A stretch of DNA of 64,000 nt from Cyanobacteriota bacterium. Lineage in GTDB: Bacteria; Cyanobacteriota; Cyanobacteriia; Thermostichales; Thermostichaceae. The notes below the pieces were generated by a model. It made no database searches. It worked only from the letters and a program-made list of their open reading frames with translations, and had not been told where the DNA came from. Below are positions 21,351 to 32,839 of the stretch, piece after piece; positions within the stretch are counted from its first letter, which is position 1, and the number at the start of each line of letters is the position of its first letter. Position numbers and translations under genes: made by a program. The stretch is taken from NCBI GenBank assembly GCA_033764955.1, contig JANRIL010000015.1, positions 32,001 to 96,000 of the forward strand, given 5' to 3'.

Positions 21351-22697
21351 CTAGGGCAAGCGGGAATGCATAACCTGATTCCCATTCCGATCGAGGAGCG
21401 CCCGTTTGGGGCCGTGGATCGGGTCTTCGACCACAATCGTCTGATCGCGACTGGCTCCCAGGGAGACAATAGCAATCGGCACTTCCATCAACTGCGCCAA
21501 AAATTTTAGATAGTGTTGAGCGGCGGCAGGTAGCTCTTGGATGGAACGGCAGTGTTGGGTGGACTGCTGCCAACCGGGCAGGGTTTTGTAGATAGGTTGG
21601 CATTGGGCAAAGCGGCGAGCATCACTGGGGAAATGGTGTAGCTCTTGCCCTTGGCACTGATAAGCCACACACACCTTGATTTCGGCTAACTCGTCCAAAA
21701 CATCCAGCTTGGTGATCGCCAGACAATCCAAACCATTCACCCGCACTGCATAGCGACCGATCACCCCATCAAACCAGCCACAGCGTCGTTGTCGTCCCGT
21801 CGTTGTCCCAAACTCAGCTCCCGTCTGACTAAGATAGCGGCCTGTCTCATCCAGCAATTCCGTCGGAAATGGCCCTTCTCCCACCCGTGTTGTGTAGGCT
21901 TTGGCCACTCCGATCACCCGATCAATGGAGGTAGGGCCAACTCCGGCTCCAATACAAGCCCCCCCAGCAATCGGATGGGAAGAGGTGACATACGGATAGG
22001 TTCCATAGTCTAAGTCCAAGAGGGTGCCTTGTGCCCCCTCAAACAGGATATTTTTGCGTTCTTGAATGGCATTGGTCAGCTTGAGGGCAACATCCGCCAC
22101 ATAAGGGCGTAGGCGTTCGGCGTAGCCCAAATATTGCTGAACGATCTCATCGGTGTTGAGGGGGGGCAGATTATAGAGACGCTCCAGCAAAACGTTTTTG
22201 TAGGGAACCGCCCAGGAGAGTTTTTCTCGCAGATCGTCGGGGTGCATGAGATCAACTAGGCGAATGCCAATCCGCTCGGCTTTGTCGGCGTAGGTGGGGC
22301 CAATGCCGCGTCCTGTCGTGCCAATTTTATAGATACCCTTGCGCTTTTCTTCTGCCAAATCAATGACGCGGTGATAGGGCATGGTAATGTGGGCGGTTTC
22401 GGCAATAAAGAGATTGTGGGTGGAAACCCCCAGGGCGTGCAGTTGGTCGATTTCTCCCAACAATACTTCTGGATCAATCACCGTGCCGCTGGCAATCAGG
22501 CATTGGGTATTGGCATAGAGGATCCCTGAGGGAATCAGATGCAGCTTAAAGGTTTGCGAACCTACCACCACCGTATGTCCGGCGTTGACTCCCCCCTGAT
22601 AGCGAACCACAATATGCGCTTTCTCGCTCAAGAGGTCGGTAATTTTTCCTTTTCCTTCGTCGCCCCACTGAGCGCCGATCACGACAACATTAGCCAA
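21351..22697 (-). CDS. purA: Adenylosuccinate synthetase
   Basis: [39 protein letters not shown] start at 22697. Confidence 0.98.
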   Translation of the reverse strand: MANVVVIGAQWGDEGKGKITDLLSEKAHIVVRYQGGVNAGHTVVVGSQTFKLHLIPSGILYANTQCLIASGTVIDPEVLLGEIDQLHALGVSTHNLFIAETAHITMPYHRVIDLAEEKRKGIYKIGTTGRGIGPTYADKAERIGIRLVDLMHPDDLREKLSWAVPYKNVLLERLYNLPPLNTDEIVQQYLGYAERLRPYVADVALKLTNAIQERKNILFEGAQGTLLDLDYGTYPYVTSSHPIAGGACIGAGVGPTSIDRVIGVAKAYTTRVGEGPFPTELLDETGRYLSQTGAEFGTTTGRQRRCGWFDGVIGRYAVRVNGLDCLAITKLDVLDELAEIKVCVAYQCQGQELHHFPSDARRFAQCQPIYKTLPGWQQSTQHCRSIQELPAAAQHYLKFLAQLMEVPIAIVSLGASRDQTIVVEDPIHGPKRALLDRNGNQVMHSRLP

Positions 22698-22964
22698 GCG
22701 TTTCTCCCGACATGCCCAAGGCATTCACGTACTAAAACGATACTTAACCCATACTCAACCCAAATGATCAGCCTACATCCCAGTCATGACCTGTCAGTCA
22801 AGCAAAAAAAACTGCTCCTTCCGGTCGCTGACCCATCCAACTTACTGAAAGATAGGCGGGAGATAGACGGACGTGCTGACACCAGGGATCCCTACGAGAT
22901 GGTAGAGCATGGACTCAGCCTGTTGTATGCTACTGCACAAAGGTCTGGAGCGAAAAGTCTAACG

Positions 22965-23336
22965 ATGCCGATTAGCGATGCCCTACATGTGGCTATAGTC
23001 GTCACCGATCTGGCAGCGGCGGATCACTTTTATGGTCAGGTCTTAGGGATCCCCAAGGTGGCGCGGGATCTCAATTTTCCTGGATCTTGGTATGAGGTGG
23101 GGGGCTTTCAGCTTCACCTGATGGTGGGGGAAGTGGCTCCAGTCGCCTATGCCAACCCCAAATGGGGACGACATCCTCATCTTGCCCTTAGGGTGAGTGA
23201 TTTAGCGGCGATGCAGGATCGGCTAGAGCAGGCGGGATGTTCTGTGCAAAAAAGTGCTTCTGGACGAGCCGCTCTCTTTGTCAAGGATCCCGATGGCTAT
23301 GTGATTGAGCTATCGGCAGTCCACCCATCCACCTAA
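22965..23336 (+). CDS. VOC/glyoxalase family protein
   Basis: LHVAIVVTDL...FYGQVLG, HLALRV, FVKDPDGYVIEL. Confidence 0.9.
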   Translation: MPISDALHVAIVVTDLAAADHFYGQVLGIPKVARDLNFPGSWYEVGGFQLHLMVGEVAPVAYANPKWGRHPHLALRVSDLAAMQDRLEQAGCSVQKSASGRAALFVKDPDGYVIELSAVHPST

Positions 23337-23471
23337 CGGAATCGGGTTCAGATCCGTCGGAATCTGATAGAAATCTTAACGTCTTATCTCGAATGCCCTG
23401 CTTGGGGGGTGACACTCCCCACGGTGTAGACAGATGGGGTATTTCGCAAAAACAGATCAAAGGGATAGGGG

Positions 23472-24248
23472 CTAGACTAGGCGCTCTTGGTTATCGGGGG
23501 GAATATCTTGCCAGCGACCAGAACTGACGGCGCGTAGGGCTTCCGTCAGCGAAAAGGCTCCAGAGTAGAGAGCCTTGCCAACAATCACCCCCGATAACCC
23601 TTGGGGAACTAGCCGCAGTAGGCTGAGCAGATCCGTGAGGCTGGCAATGCCACCGGAGGCGATTACCGGGATCCCTGCCACCTGCAAGACCGCCTGCAAT
23701 TGTTCCAGGTTTGGCCCTTCCAGGGTTCCATCCCGCTGAATATCGGTGTAGATAATGGCGGCGGATCCCATCTGGCTGACTTGCTGGGCTAACTCTGTGG
23801 CCAGAAGCGGTGTTGTTTCCAGCCAACCACGGGTAGCCACCTTGCCCTGACGGGCATCAATGCCCACCACAATTTGTCCAGGATGGCGCTGACATAGCTG
23901 TTGTAGCTCCTGGGGATTTTCGACTGCCATCGTGCCGACAATCACCCGTTCCACCCCTTGATCTAACCACTGTTCAGCACTCCTTACGGAACGAATGCCA
24001 CCCCCCACCTGCACAGAGATAGGGAGAGCTTGCACCATCGCCCGAATCACAGGCCAGTTGGTGGGATCCCCCGTTTTGGCTCCATCTAGATCCACTACGT
24101 GCAGGCGGGTTGCCCCCTCTTGCCACCACCGCCTAGCCTGTTCTACAGGATCTTGGCTGACTACGCTTGCCTGTTGATAATCCCCCTGCCAGAGGCGAAC
24201 GCACTGCCCCCCCAACAAATCAATGGCTGGAATGACCTCAAGTGTCAT
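23472..24248 (-). CDS. hisA: ProFAR isomerase
   Basis: [47 protein letters not shown]. Confidence 0.97.
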   Translation of the reverse strand: MTLEVIPAIDLLGGQCVRLWQGDYQQASVVSQDPVEQARRWWQEGATRLHVVDLDGAKTGDPTNWPVIRAMVQALPISVQVGGGIRSVRSAEQWLDQGVERVIVGTMAVENPQELQQLCQRHPGQIVVGIDARQGKVATRGWLETTPLLATELAQQVSQMGSAAIIYTDIQRDGTLEGPNLEQLQAVLQVAGIPVIASGGIASLTDLLSLLRLVPQGLSGVIVGKALYSGAFSLTEALRAVSSGRWQDIPPDNQERLV

Positions 24249-24319
24249 GAATCGCTCCTCAATACTGATTCAACGTTAGGGGTGCCTGGGAAGAAAGGAT
24301 GGGGAGGACTGGCTTGGCA

Positions 24320-25150
24320 TTATTCGCTAGGGGGCGAAGGGTTGGGCAACCCAGGGATATCGGGCAATCCGAGAGTTTGCCAGATAGAGGCACTGCTGTC
24401 AGGATCCAACACCCGCCATGCCAACAAACCGGATCCCGTCAAGAGACCCAGAGCTACAACAATCATGATGGTATTTTGAATGGTTTTGAGAATAATCAGG
24501 AAGCGGCGTAGCGGTGGAAGCATCGTTCCCTCCACAGATTTAGCCTTAACGGGGGGTTGGTGGGAGGTTGGGGGTGGAGCCGCACGCGGAAAGGGGGCTA
24601 GCCGCAATGACTTAAGGGAGGACGCTGGAATCGGTGGCCCTGGCATGGCCGCCATCGCCTGATGAATACTGTCCGGTCGCTGATGCTGACGGCTCCACTG
24701 GCCTAACTCCGCCACCGAGATGGCCGAGAGGTTGGGGGTTTGTAGCCCTTTCATCCGTTGAACCAAAGAAGGCTCATTGCTGACCACCACCACCAGGGTT
24801 CCTTTTTGTTGTTGCGCTAGGGCATAGGCACATTCGGCAATCGCTTGCTGCAAACGGGCGCGGCGGCTGAGGCTCTGTCTTTGGGGAATTGTGCCTCCCA
24901 CCAGCGCCCCAGACTCCGACACCTGAAACTCACCGCTCGGCCAAAATCGCATAAACTCCCGTGCCAGAACTTCCTGTTCCGGTTCCACAGCCCTTTGGGT
25001 AAGATATTCCATTTCCACCTGCACCGCTTTGGGTAAGACACACTGACCAAAGCGCGCCCATTCTTGCCATTGGGAGGTCTTGCCCGCCAATAGGGCTGTG
25101 GTATCAAAAATGAGCAGAGGACGAATTTCAGCCATGCCGCTAACAGCCAT
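24320..25150 (-). CDS. PIN-fold domain protein with C-terminal transmembrane helix
   Basis: LLIFDTTALL...LPKAVQVEM...VVVVSNE PIN pattern; TM helix IMIVVALGLLTGSGLLAW. Confidence 0.65.
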   Translation of the reverse strand: MAVSGMAEIRPLLIFDTTALLAGKTSQWQEWARFGQCVLPKAVQVEMEYLTQRAVEPEQEVLAREFMRFWPSGEFQVSESGALVGGTIPQRQSLSRRARLQQAIAECAYALAQQQKGTLVVVVSNEPSLVQRMKGLQTPNLSAISVAELGQWSRQHQRPDSIHQAMAAMPGPPIPASSLKSLRLAPFPRAAPPPTSHQPPVKAKSVEGTMLPPLRRFLIILKTIQNTIMIVVALGLLTGSGLLAWRVLDPDSSASIWQTLGLPDIPGLPNPSPPSE

Positions 25151-25255
25151 TCCATCGGCATCGGATCGCGGAGGAACCGCATCGATGCTGATCCCCACAA
25201 TACCGTTAGCCTCAAGCAAATACCAGGGATCCCTAGCTTGCCTCGGCTAACCTGC

Positions 25256-28200
25256 CTACTCAGGGGATTGGGTGGGCAAAAAGCGCTCCTCGATTCCTCG
25301 AATCACGATATAGAGAACGGGCACAATAAACAGACTGAGCAGGGTAGACACCGCCATTCCCCCCAGCACCGCCGTTCCCAACGACTGGCGACTGCCGGAT
25401 CCCGCCCCGGTGGCCACCGCCAGCGGATAGATACCCAAGATGGTGCTGAGGGCGGTCATCAAAATAGCTCGAAAGCGGGTTTCGGCGGCTTGGATCGCCG
25501 CTTTGATGATGGGTAAACCCTCCTGACGCAGTTGGTTGGCAAACTCGACAATCAAAATCGAGTTTTTGCTGGCTAACCCAATCAGCATCACCAACCCCAC
25601 CTGGCAAAAGACATCGTTTTCTAGCCCGCGCAGCAGTTGGAAGGACAACGCTCCCAAAATAGCCAGAGGAACCGCCAACAAAATAATCAGAGGGGTAATG
25701 TAGCTCTCAAATTGGGCCGCCAACACCAAAAAGACGAAGATCAGACCCAAGGCAAAGATAAAACTAGCCTGCCCGCCCGACTCCAATTCCTCCAGCGAGA
25801 TGCCAGTCCACTCATAGCCCATCCCTTGCGGCAATACTTGGCTAGAGAGCTGCTGCATGGCTTGGATAGCTTGACCGCTACTAAAGCCTGGTTGAGCGGT
25901 TCCCTGCAATTGCACGGAACGATAGAGGTTGTAGTGGTTAATAATCTGAGGGCCGCTGCTGGTTTCCGTTTCCACGAGATTGCTGAGGGGAATCATCGAT
26001 CCACTGGTTTGGGAGCGCACATAAAACTTGCCAATATCCTCAGGGTTCGAGCGAAAGTCCTGATCCGCCTGCACATAAACCCGATAGTTTCGGTTAAACA
26101 CATCAAAATTGTTGACGTAGGTTCCCCCCAGGAGGGTTTGTAGGGTATTGAAGACATCGGTGGGTTGCACTCCCAACAACTGGGCTTTATCCCGATCCAC
26201 CGCCACCCGCACCTGCGGATCCCCAGCGCTAAAGCCCGGCGGATTAACCTGTAGCTCAGGCCGTTGGGATCCCACAAAAAATAGGGTTTTGGCGGTTTGT
26301 TCCAAAATATTCAGATCATTCAAGCTGCGATCTTGCAGTTGATAGTCAAACCCACTGGCGGATCCCAGTCCTTGAATGCTGGGTGGCTCAATCGGAATCA
26401 CTAGGGCTTGACTGATCCCACCCAAAAACGGGCCAAATAAACTACCCACAATCGCGGAGGCCGATTGATCGGGGCGAGGTCGCTCGGACCAGGGCTTGAG
26501 GCTGGCAAAAACAAGAGCATTGGCAGGCGAAGCCCCAGCAAAACTGAACCCACCAACCGCTACCGTGTCTTCCACCGATTCGATCCCTTGCAGGATGTCC
26601 GTTGCTTGACCAATCACTTGATCGGTGTAGTTAAGGGAAACCCCCGGCGGCCCTTGAATAAACGTGATCATATAGCCCTGATCTTCAGTTGGGACAAATC
26701 CAGTGGGCACAAGGGTAAACAACCAGTAGGTCAATCCCAAACAACCCACAAATAGCAGAACAATCAAGGCTCTTGCTCGTACCAATCCTCCCAAAATCCA
26801 CTCATAGCCACTGCGTAGCCCTTCAATAAATTGGTTGAGCATTCTCAAAATCCAAACTTGCTGCCCCTCCTGTGGTTTCATAAATAGAGCGGATAAGGCG
26901 GGAGCTAACGTCACGGCGTTAAAAGTAGAAATGCTCACAGAAACGGCAATGGTTAAGGCAAATTGTTGATAGATTTTGCCGCTAGTTCCTGGGAAAAAAG
27001 CCACAGGCAAAAAGAGAGCTAACAAGACCAATGTGGTAGCAATCACTGCCGTAAACACCTCTCGCATTCCCACCAAAGCGGCTTGTACAGGGGGCATCCG
27101 TTCCTCTTGGATATAGCGGGTGATATTTTCTACCACGACGATGGCATCATCCACCACTAATCCTGTAGCGAGAGTCAGTCCAAACATCGTCAATGTGTTG
27201 ATGGAAAACCCCAAGAGTTTGACAAAGGCAAAGGTTCCTAATAGAGAGACAGGAATGGTAATGGCTGGAATGAGGGTAACCCGCCAATCCTGAAGGAAAA
27301 TAAATAGCACTAACACCACTAATCCAATCGATTCCAACAAAGTTTTGATAACTTCTTGAATCGATTCTTCGATAAAGAGGGTAGTGTCATAGGGAATTTT
27401 ATAGGTGAGGCCAGGAGGAAAGCTGCGGGAAAGTTCCTCCATTGTTTGTCGAATGGTACGAGAAATTTCTAAGGCATTGGCTTCGGTGAGTTTGCTCACC
27501 CCAATCCCGACGGCATCAATGCCATTGATGCGAAAGGTGGTGTCATAACTCTGTGCGCCCAGTTCCACCCGTCCAACATCTTTGATCCGCACAATCGAGC
27601 CATCCTGACCGGTTTTGAGAATGATATTTTCAAATTCACTGATCTCCTGGAGACGGCCTTGTGCTAACACATTCAATTGATAGAGCTGATCATTGTCCAC
27701 AGGTGGGCGACCAATCTGTCCAGCAGCCACCTGCACATTTTGTCCTCGCACGGCATCGACGACATCCTGGGCACTGAGGCGCCGACTGGCCAGTTGATCT
27801 GGCTGTAGCCAAATCCGCATGGCATATTTGCGTTCGCCAAAAATTTCCACACTACTCACCCCGCGAATCCGCCTCAGGGCATCCTTGATATAGAGATCTG
27901 CGTAGTTGCTGATGAAAAGGGTATCGTATTCTCCCGCTTCGGAAGACAGGCTGATGAATTGCAGGAATGTGCTGCCACCGGATTTTTGCACACCAATACC
28001 ATTTTGGATGACTTCTTCGGGCAGTTGACTCTGCACCTGAGAAATGCGGTTTTGGACATCAATGGCAGCTTGATCGACATCCCGACTGCTGTCAAAGGTG
28101 ACGACTATTTGACTGGTGCCATCGCTAGTGCTGGTGGAGGCAATGTAGCGCATCCCTTCCACTCCATTGATCTCTTGCTCCAAAACGTTGGTGACAGCGG

Positions 28201-28378
28201 TTTCAACCGTTTGGGCGCTAGCTCCGCTGTAGTTGGCGGTCACCGTCACCGCCGGTGGGGTTACTTCTGGGTAATAGTCAACGGGCAGGAGGGGAATACA
28301 GACGGCTCCGACCAAGACGATGATGATCGAGCAGACTGTGGCAAAAACAGGCCGTCGCACAAAGAAATCGACAAACAT
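25256..28378 (-). CDS. RND efflux transporter permease (AcrB/HAE1 family)
   Basis: FVRRPVFATV, AMRIWL, GLVVDDAIVVVEN, LIGLASKNSILIVEFA, RFRAILMT. Confidence 0.96.
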   Translation of the reverse strand: MFVDFFVRRPVFATVCSIIIVLVGAVCIPLLPVDYYPEVTPPAVTVTANYSGASAQTVETAVTNVLEQEINGVEGMRYIASTSTSDGTSQIVVTFDSSRDVDQAAIDVQNRISQVQSQLPEEVIQNGIGVQKSGGSTFLQFISLSSEAGEYDTLFISNYADLYIKDALRRIRGVSSVEIFGERKYAMRIWLQPDQLASRRLSAQDVVDAVRGQNVQVAAGQIGRPPVDNDQLYQLNVLAQGRLQEISEFENIILKTGQDGSIVRIKDVGRVELGAQSYDTTFRINGIDAVGIGVSKLTEANALEISRTIRQTMEELSRSFPPGLTYKIPYDTTLFIEESIQEVIKTLLESIGLVVLVLFIFLQDWRVTLIPAITIPVSLLGTFAFVKLLGFSINTLTMFGLTLATGLVVDDAIVVVENITRYIQEERMPPVQAALVGMREVFTAVIATTLVLLALFLPVAFFPGTSGKIYQQFALTIAVSVSISTFNAVTLAPALSALFMKPQEGQQVWILRMLNQFIEGLRSGYEWILGGLVRARALIVLLFVGCLGLTYWLFTLVPTGFVPTEDQGYMITFIQGPPGVSLNYTDQVIGQATDILQGIESVEDTVAVGGFSFAGASPANALVFASLKPWSERPRPDQSASAIVGSLFGPFLGGISQALVIPIEPPSIQGLGSASGFDYQLQDRSLNDLNILEQTAKTLFFVGSQRPELQVNPPGFSAGDPQVRVAVDRDKAQLLGVQPTDVFNTLQTLLGGTYVNNFDVFNRNYRVYVQADQDFRSNPEDIGKFYVRSQTSGSMIPLSNLVETETSSGPQIINHYNLYRSVQLQGTAQPGFSSGQAIQAMQQLSSQVLPQGMGYEWTGISLEELESGGQASFIFALGLIFVFLVLAAQFESYITPLIILLAVPLAILGALSFQLLRGLENDVFCQVGLVMLIGLASKNSILIVEFANQLRQEGLPIIKAAIQAAETRFRAILMTALSTILGIYPLAVATGAGSGSRQSLGTAVLGGMAVSTLLSLFIVPVLYIVIRGIEERFLPTQSPE

Positions 28379-28440
28379 AAGCCCACCGAAAAGATTAGGA
28401 GAAAGTCAGTTGAGCAGGGTGAGAATCCAGAGAATTTGGC

Positions 28441-29730
28441 TTATCCTCCTGCCGGAGGAGCTTGTTGTTGCAACATGGCGGCATCGATGATGGGAGCGCC
28501 ATCAAAGATTTTTTGCAGCCCCGATACGACGATCTTTTGTTGTGGTTCTAGTCCGGAGAGGACTTGGTAGTTATTGCCTTGCAGGGATCCCAATTGCACG
28601 GGCTTTTGGGCAGCGATCAGCCCAGGTGGTTGATCGCTGGTAGGAGTCTGCCCATCGGGGGCAGGGGTGGGGGGCGGGGCGGGCTGCACGGTAAAGACGA
28701 AGGTTTGTCCGGCCACGCGAGAAACGGCGGTGAGGGGAATCACCAGGCTGGAGTCCGATTGCCAAACCAGACGCGTGCGGATCAGTTGATCGGGGCGAAG
28801 GGATCCCTGAGCATTGGGATAGGCGGCTTTCACCAGAACTGACTGGGTACTGAGATCAGCTTCGGGAGCAATAAAGGAGATTTGGCTAGTACCGACCACT
28901 TCGTTTTGGTCATCCAAAATTTCGATAGGAGTGCCGATTTGAATTTTGGGGGCGCGGGTGAGTGGAATGTTAATGGAAAGTTCGAGGGATTGCTGTTGAC
29001 TGAGGGTGGTCAAGGTGGTTTGGGGGGTGACATAATTGCCGACTTTCACGGGCACATCCCCTACGATGCCCGCAAAGGGAGCCACCACCTGATAAAACTG
29101 CAACTGCACTTCCTGTTCGACGGCATCCGCTTGTGCCTGTTGTAGATCTCGCTCGGCACGGGCAACGGCTGCTTCCTGCGAACGAATGCGTTCTTCCTGA
29201 GCGGCAAGGGACGCTTCGGCCATCCGTAAATCGCGGGTACTTTGATCGAGGGTATCGCGGGTAATGGCTCCCTCTTCAAACAGGCTGCTATTGCGGGTTT
29301 GTAGATCTTGGTTATACTCCAGGTCGGCCAGTAAGGTCAGGCGATCCGCTTGGGCTGAACTCAAGTCGGCTTTGGCACTGTCCAGATTGGCACGAGCGGC
29401 TTCGATCCCTGCCGTGCGGCTATTGACGGTTGCCTGCTGCTGGGCTGGGTTGATCTGGAAGAGGGGAGTATTGGCGGCAACTGGATCCCCTAGCTGGACA
29501 AAGACTTGCGTGACTTGACCACTCACCTGTGGGTTGATCGCCGCAAACTGCCGCGATCCAACACTGGCGACAAACTCGGAACTGTCTTCGATCATGGCTT
29601 GCCCGACTTCGGCGATTTCTACCGGAGTAGCTTGTGGCTCCTGCTGAGAGGTGGCTTGGAGACCAGTGGCTTGGCACGCGGACAAGGCTAGTGCCATGGT
29701 CATAATCGGTAAAATTTTAGGTAGATGCAT
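28441..29730 (-). CDS. RND periplasmic adaptor (MFP) lipoprotein
   Basis: Lipobox LSAC; PQVSGQV, coiled coil and APFAGIVG; adjacent to the RND permease. Confidence 0.93.
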   Translation of the reverse strand: MHLPKILPIMTMALALSACQATGLQATSQQEPQATPVEIAEVGQAMIEDSSEFVASVGSRQFAAINPQVSGQVTQVFVQLGDPVAANTPLFQINPAQQQATVNSRTAGIEAARANLDSAKADLSSAQADRLTLLADLEYNQDLQTRNSSLFEEGAITRDTLDQSTRDLRMAEASLAAQEERIRSQEAAVARAERDLQQAQADAVEQEVQLQFYQVVAPFAGIVGDVPVKVGNYVTPQTTLTTLSQQQSLELSINIPLTRAPKIQIGTPIEILDDQNEVVGTSQISFIAPEADLSTQSVLVKAAYPNAQGSLRPDQLIRTRLVWQSDSSLVIPLTAVSRVAGQTFVFTVQPAPPPTPAPDGQTPTSDQPPGLIAAQKPVQLGSLQGNNYQVLSGLEPQQKIVVSGLQKIFDGAPIIDAAMLQQQAPPAGG

Positions 29731-30234
29731 AAACCCCCAATGCTGGACTCTTCCTGAGTCGTGGTTGATGAGTGGCTTGCTTAGTGGCGGGTTAATGGCT
29801 GCGGGTATTTCAGCCTATTGCGGAACATATGTATTGTGGCAACTGCCCCTGCAAGCGCAGTAAAAGTGAACCCCTAAACGAATGAGTTGAGTAGTGAATC
29901 GCCTTAGCCGTGATTTTGCTAACCAACCTAATCCCTTTGGATCCCTTAGCCTATACACAATAAAGCTTGACTTTCATAATCTTTCTAAGTCACGATAAAG
30001 GATTCTGAGGTAGTAGTTGGTTTTAAAGGTGGGATCAGCCCCAATACCTTCAACATCCTCTTCGTTCCTGCAACCGAAGGGGATCCCTATGAAAGATGAA
30101 GAGAGGGGATGCTTCAATTCTCTTGAGAGCTAGCCTAATGCCTCTATGCCAATTTTGAATGATATAGACCATCATGGGAGAGAAATGGGAGAGAATAAAG
30201 AAGGAACTGTTCCCAATATGCTGGACAAAAAGTT

Positions 30235-30771
30235 ATGGCAGTGAGGAGGAACCTAAGTAAGGTAGTGGAAAAATTCTTTCAATCACTGCAAGATGACCAG
30301 AGATTTTTGCAAGATCTGCAATGGTTTGTCGGCATTGTCTCTCGCCTCTTAGCCCTGATCATGATTGTGGTCATCCTGGTTATGTTGGTTGATCTCGTTA
30401 TCTTTCTATGGAAAATGATGTTTACTGGCACTAGTTTTCTCTTGGGAACCGTAACAGAGGTATTTGGGGCTTTTTTAAGCATTTTGATTGCCATCGAACT
30501 ATTAGAAAACATTACTGCTTATCTCAAAGAACACACCATTCAAATTAAGTTGGTCATCGTTACCTCCCTGATCGCGGTTGCTCGTAAGATCATTTTGCTG
30601 GATTTTGAAAAAGTCTCAGGCGTAGATCTAATTGGCTTGGGGTTATCGATCGCAGCTCTATCCCTCAGCTACTGGATTGTGCACACTACCCAGCAGCCAA
30701 ACCGGGGATCCCCTAACAACCCTCTGCTACCCAGGGATCCAGAGGGGGTTAGCGGTGAGGAACGTGGATAG
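30235..30771 (+). CDS. PsiE-family membrane protein
   Basis: Four TM segments; LIAIELLENITAYL and SLIAVARKIILLD. Confidence 0.85.
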   Translation: MAVRRNLSKVVEKFFQSLQDDQRFLQDLQWFVGIVSRLLALIMIVVILVMLVDLVIFLWKMMFTGTSFLLGTVTEVFGAFLSILIAIELLENITAYLKEHTIQIKLVIVTSLIAVARKIILLDFEKVSGVDLIGLGLSIAALSLSYWIVHTTQQPNRGSPNNPLLPRDPEGVSGEERG

Positions 30772-30974
30772 CCCTCTGCACAGGATCTAATGTGGGGATT
30801 GAGACAGGGCTGAATCTAAGTATAAATTCCTATCATTTTCCCAAAAATGGAGAGATCCAGAGCTTGACAAAAAAAACTTTTCGATCGCCACAAATTAACT
30901 GGAAATGACTCTTGTTGTTGCGTATAAAGTAAGCGAGATTAGTTATAGCAGGCTTTATATTACCTCCCATATCC

Positions 30975-32828
30975 ATGTCCGCTGTGCGTGGCTCTTCCCC
31001 CCTTGTCGCATGGCTCAGTAGGCTTCAGGCACCTGCTGAGAATATTTTGTTGTTGTTGGCTGCCTTGGTTGGCTTAGGAACCGGTCTGGCGGTTGTCGGA
31101 TTTCGCTACCTGATCGGCTTTTTTCGATATGTATTGCAGGATACTATTATCTTGCCCTTAACCGGGTGGGGCAGTTGGACAATTGCCCTCTTGCCTGCTT
31201 TGGGAGGATTGTTGGTGGGGATCCTGCTATGGTATCGCCCCTTAGCTTCCGCCAACTTGCCCAGTCTATTGGGGGTGGCTCGTCAAGAGCGAGTTCCTAT
31301 CACGCGGATCCCGTTTAAGCTCTTAACGGCAGCGATTTCGCTAGGGGCAGGAGCCTCCCTTGGTCCTGAAGCCCCCAGTGTGGAAAGTGGCGGATTGATT
31401 GGTCTTTGGCTGGGTCAACAGCTTAAGTTTTCCTCGGAGCGAATCAATCTGTTGGTGGGAGCGGGGGCGGCTGCCGGACTGGCCGCCGGATTTAATGCCC
31501 CGATTGCTGGGGTTTTTTTGGCGTTGGAATTAGTGCTAGCCAGTTCGTTCACGACGGCAACCGTGAGTGTAGTGGTTTTGGCGGCTGTCATTTCCTCCTT
31601 GACCGCTCAGGTGGGCTTGGGGGCACAGCCTGCTTTTATGCTGCCTGCCTACACGCAGCCCGCCTTTGTTTTGCCTGCCTACGAAGTGCGGAGCCTCTTG
31701 GAATTGCCCTGTTATCTGGGGCTGGGTTTGTTAGCCAGTTTGGTATCAATTGCCTTTGGTTATTGCCTGAACTGGGGTAAACAACTGTTTCAGGGGCAAC
31801 TTCCCGGATTAGAGGTGATGGGAGGGATCCCGTCCCTCTTCAAACCGATGGTGGGGGGACTAGGTATTGGTCTTTTGGGGTTAGGCTTACCCCTAGGTTT
31901 AGGGGTGGGGTATGAAACCATTGAATCCCTTCTCCAGGCGGTGCCCTTTTCCTTGGGAAGCTTGGCGTTGCTGCTGTTGGGCAAAGTGTTGATGACCGCG
32001 ATTAGTTCCGGCAGTGGCTTTGTCGGGGGGACGTTTGCCCCGGCTCTCTTTTTGGGGGCGGTAGTGGGGGATACCTATGGACAAGTTTTGAATCATTGGC
32101 TGCCCGTTTCCTTGCAGGTGGCTCCGCCTGCCTATGCGATGGTGGGAATGGCAGCCGTTTTAGCGGGCAGTGTGCGCGCTCCCCTCACGGCGGTTTTGCT
32201 GTTGTTTGAGATGACCCGTGATTATCAGATTGTTTTGCCCTTGATGGGAGCGGTGGGGTTGAGTATTTGGGTAAGTGATCGGTTTCATTCTCCTGCCGTT
32301 TATCAATCTGTCAAATCTCCGGCTAGCCATGAACCGATGTTGCCAGCCCTGACGGTTGGGGATGTCATGGTGGAGGCTCGTCTGATTCTGCCCAAAGATA
32401 TGCTGCTGCTGCGAGCTGCCGAAGCAATGAGCCAAAAACGCTGTTATAGCGCCTTGGTGGTGGACGAACAGCAGCGGTTATTTGGCATCCTCACCCTTCA
32501 AGATATCCAGCAAGCCCTGCTCACGGACGATCAACAGGATCGCCATCTTTGGACGGTGGAATCAGTCTGTAGCACCGATGTGTTGATTACCTTCCCCGAT
32601 GAACTGATGTCGATAGCAGCGCAACGCATGAGCCTGCGGGATCTCCATCAACTCCCCGTCGTCAGCCGGGAGGATCCCACGCAGATCTTGGGCTTGTTGC
32701 CGAAGGAACAAATTGCACTGTCAGAGAAATTGCTGGCTACCCGTCAGGCGTATCAGCAGGCGTATCAACATCCCGTGCCCACGATGGTCAAGCCCCTGCC
32801 CACTCATCAACATCTTTTGCTCTCTTGA
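30975..32828 (+). CDS. ClC chloride channel/transporter with CBS domains
   Basis: GASLGPEAP, AAGFNAPIAG, GGTFAP, RAPLTAVLLLFEMT; C-terminal CBS pair. Confidence 0.93.
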   Translation: MSAVRGSSPLVAWLSRLQAPAENILLLLAALVGLGTGLAVVGFRYLIGFFRYVLQDTIILPLTGWGSWTIALLPALGGLLVGILLWYRPLASANLPSLLGVARQERVPITRIPFKLLTAAISLGAGASLGPEAPSVESGGLIGLWLGQQLKFSSERINLLVGAGAAAGLAAGFNAPIAGVFLALELVLASSFTTATVSVVVLAAVISSLTAQVGLGAQPAFMLPAYTQPAFVLPAYEVRSLLELPCYLGLGLLASLVSIAFGYCLNWGKQLFQGQLPGLEVMGGIPSLFKPMVGGLGIGLLGLGLPLGLGVGYETIESLLQAVPFSLGSLALLLLGKVLMTAISSGSGFVGGTFAPALFLGAVVGDTYGQVLNHWLPVSLQVAPPAYAMVGMAAVLAGSVRAPLTAVLLLFEMTRDYQIVLPLMGAVGLSIWVSDRFHSPAVYQSVKSPASHEPMLPALTVGDVMVEARLILPKDMLLLRAAEAMSQKRCYSALVVDEQQRLFGILTLQDIQQALLTDDQQDRHLWTVESVCSTDVLITFPDELMSIAAQRMSLRDLHQLPVVSREDPTQILGLLPKEQIALSEKLLATRQAYQQAYQHPVPTMVKPLPTHQHLLLS

Positions 32829-32839
32829 CCCCTGAAGCC

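Noticed and set aside
26366..28580. ~2.2-kb GGATCC-free stretch in the RND gene as foreign DNA
   Set aside because: The gene is intact and both flanks carry the motif; ~1-kb gaps occur in core genes, so this is not convincing without statistics.
30772..30974. Fluoride riboswitch upstream of ClC
   Set aside because: The conserved core of that aptamer is not recognisable.
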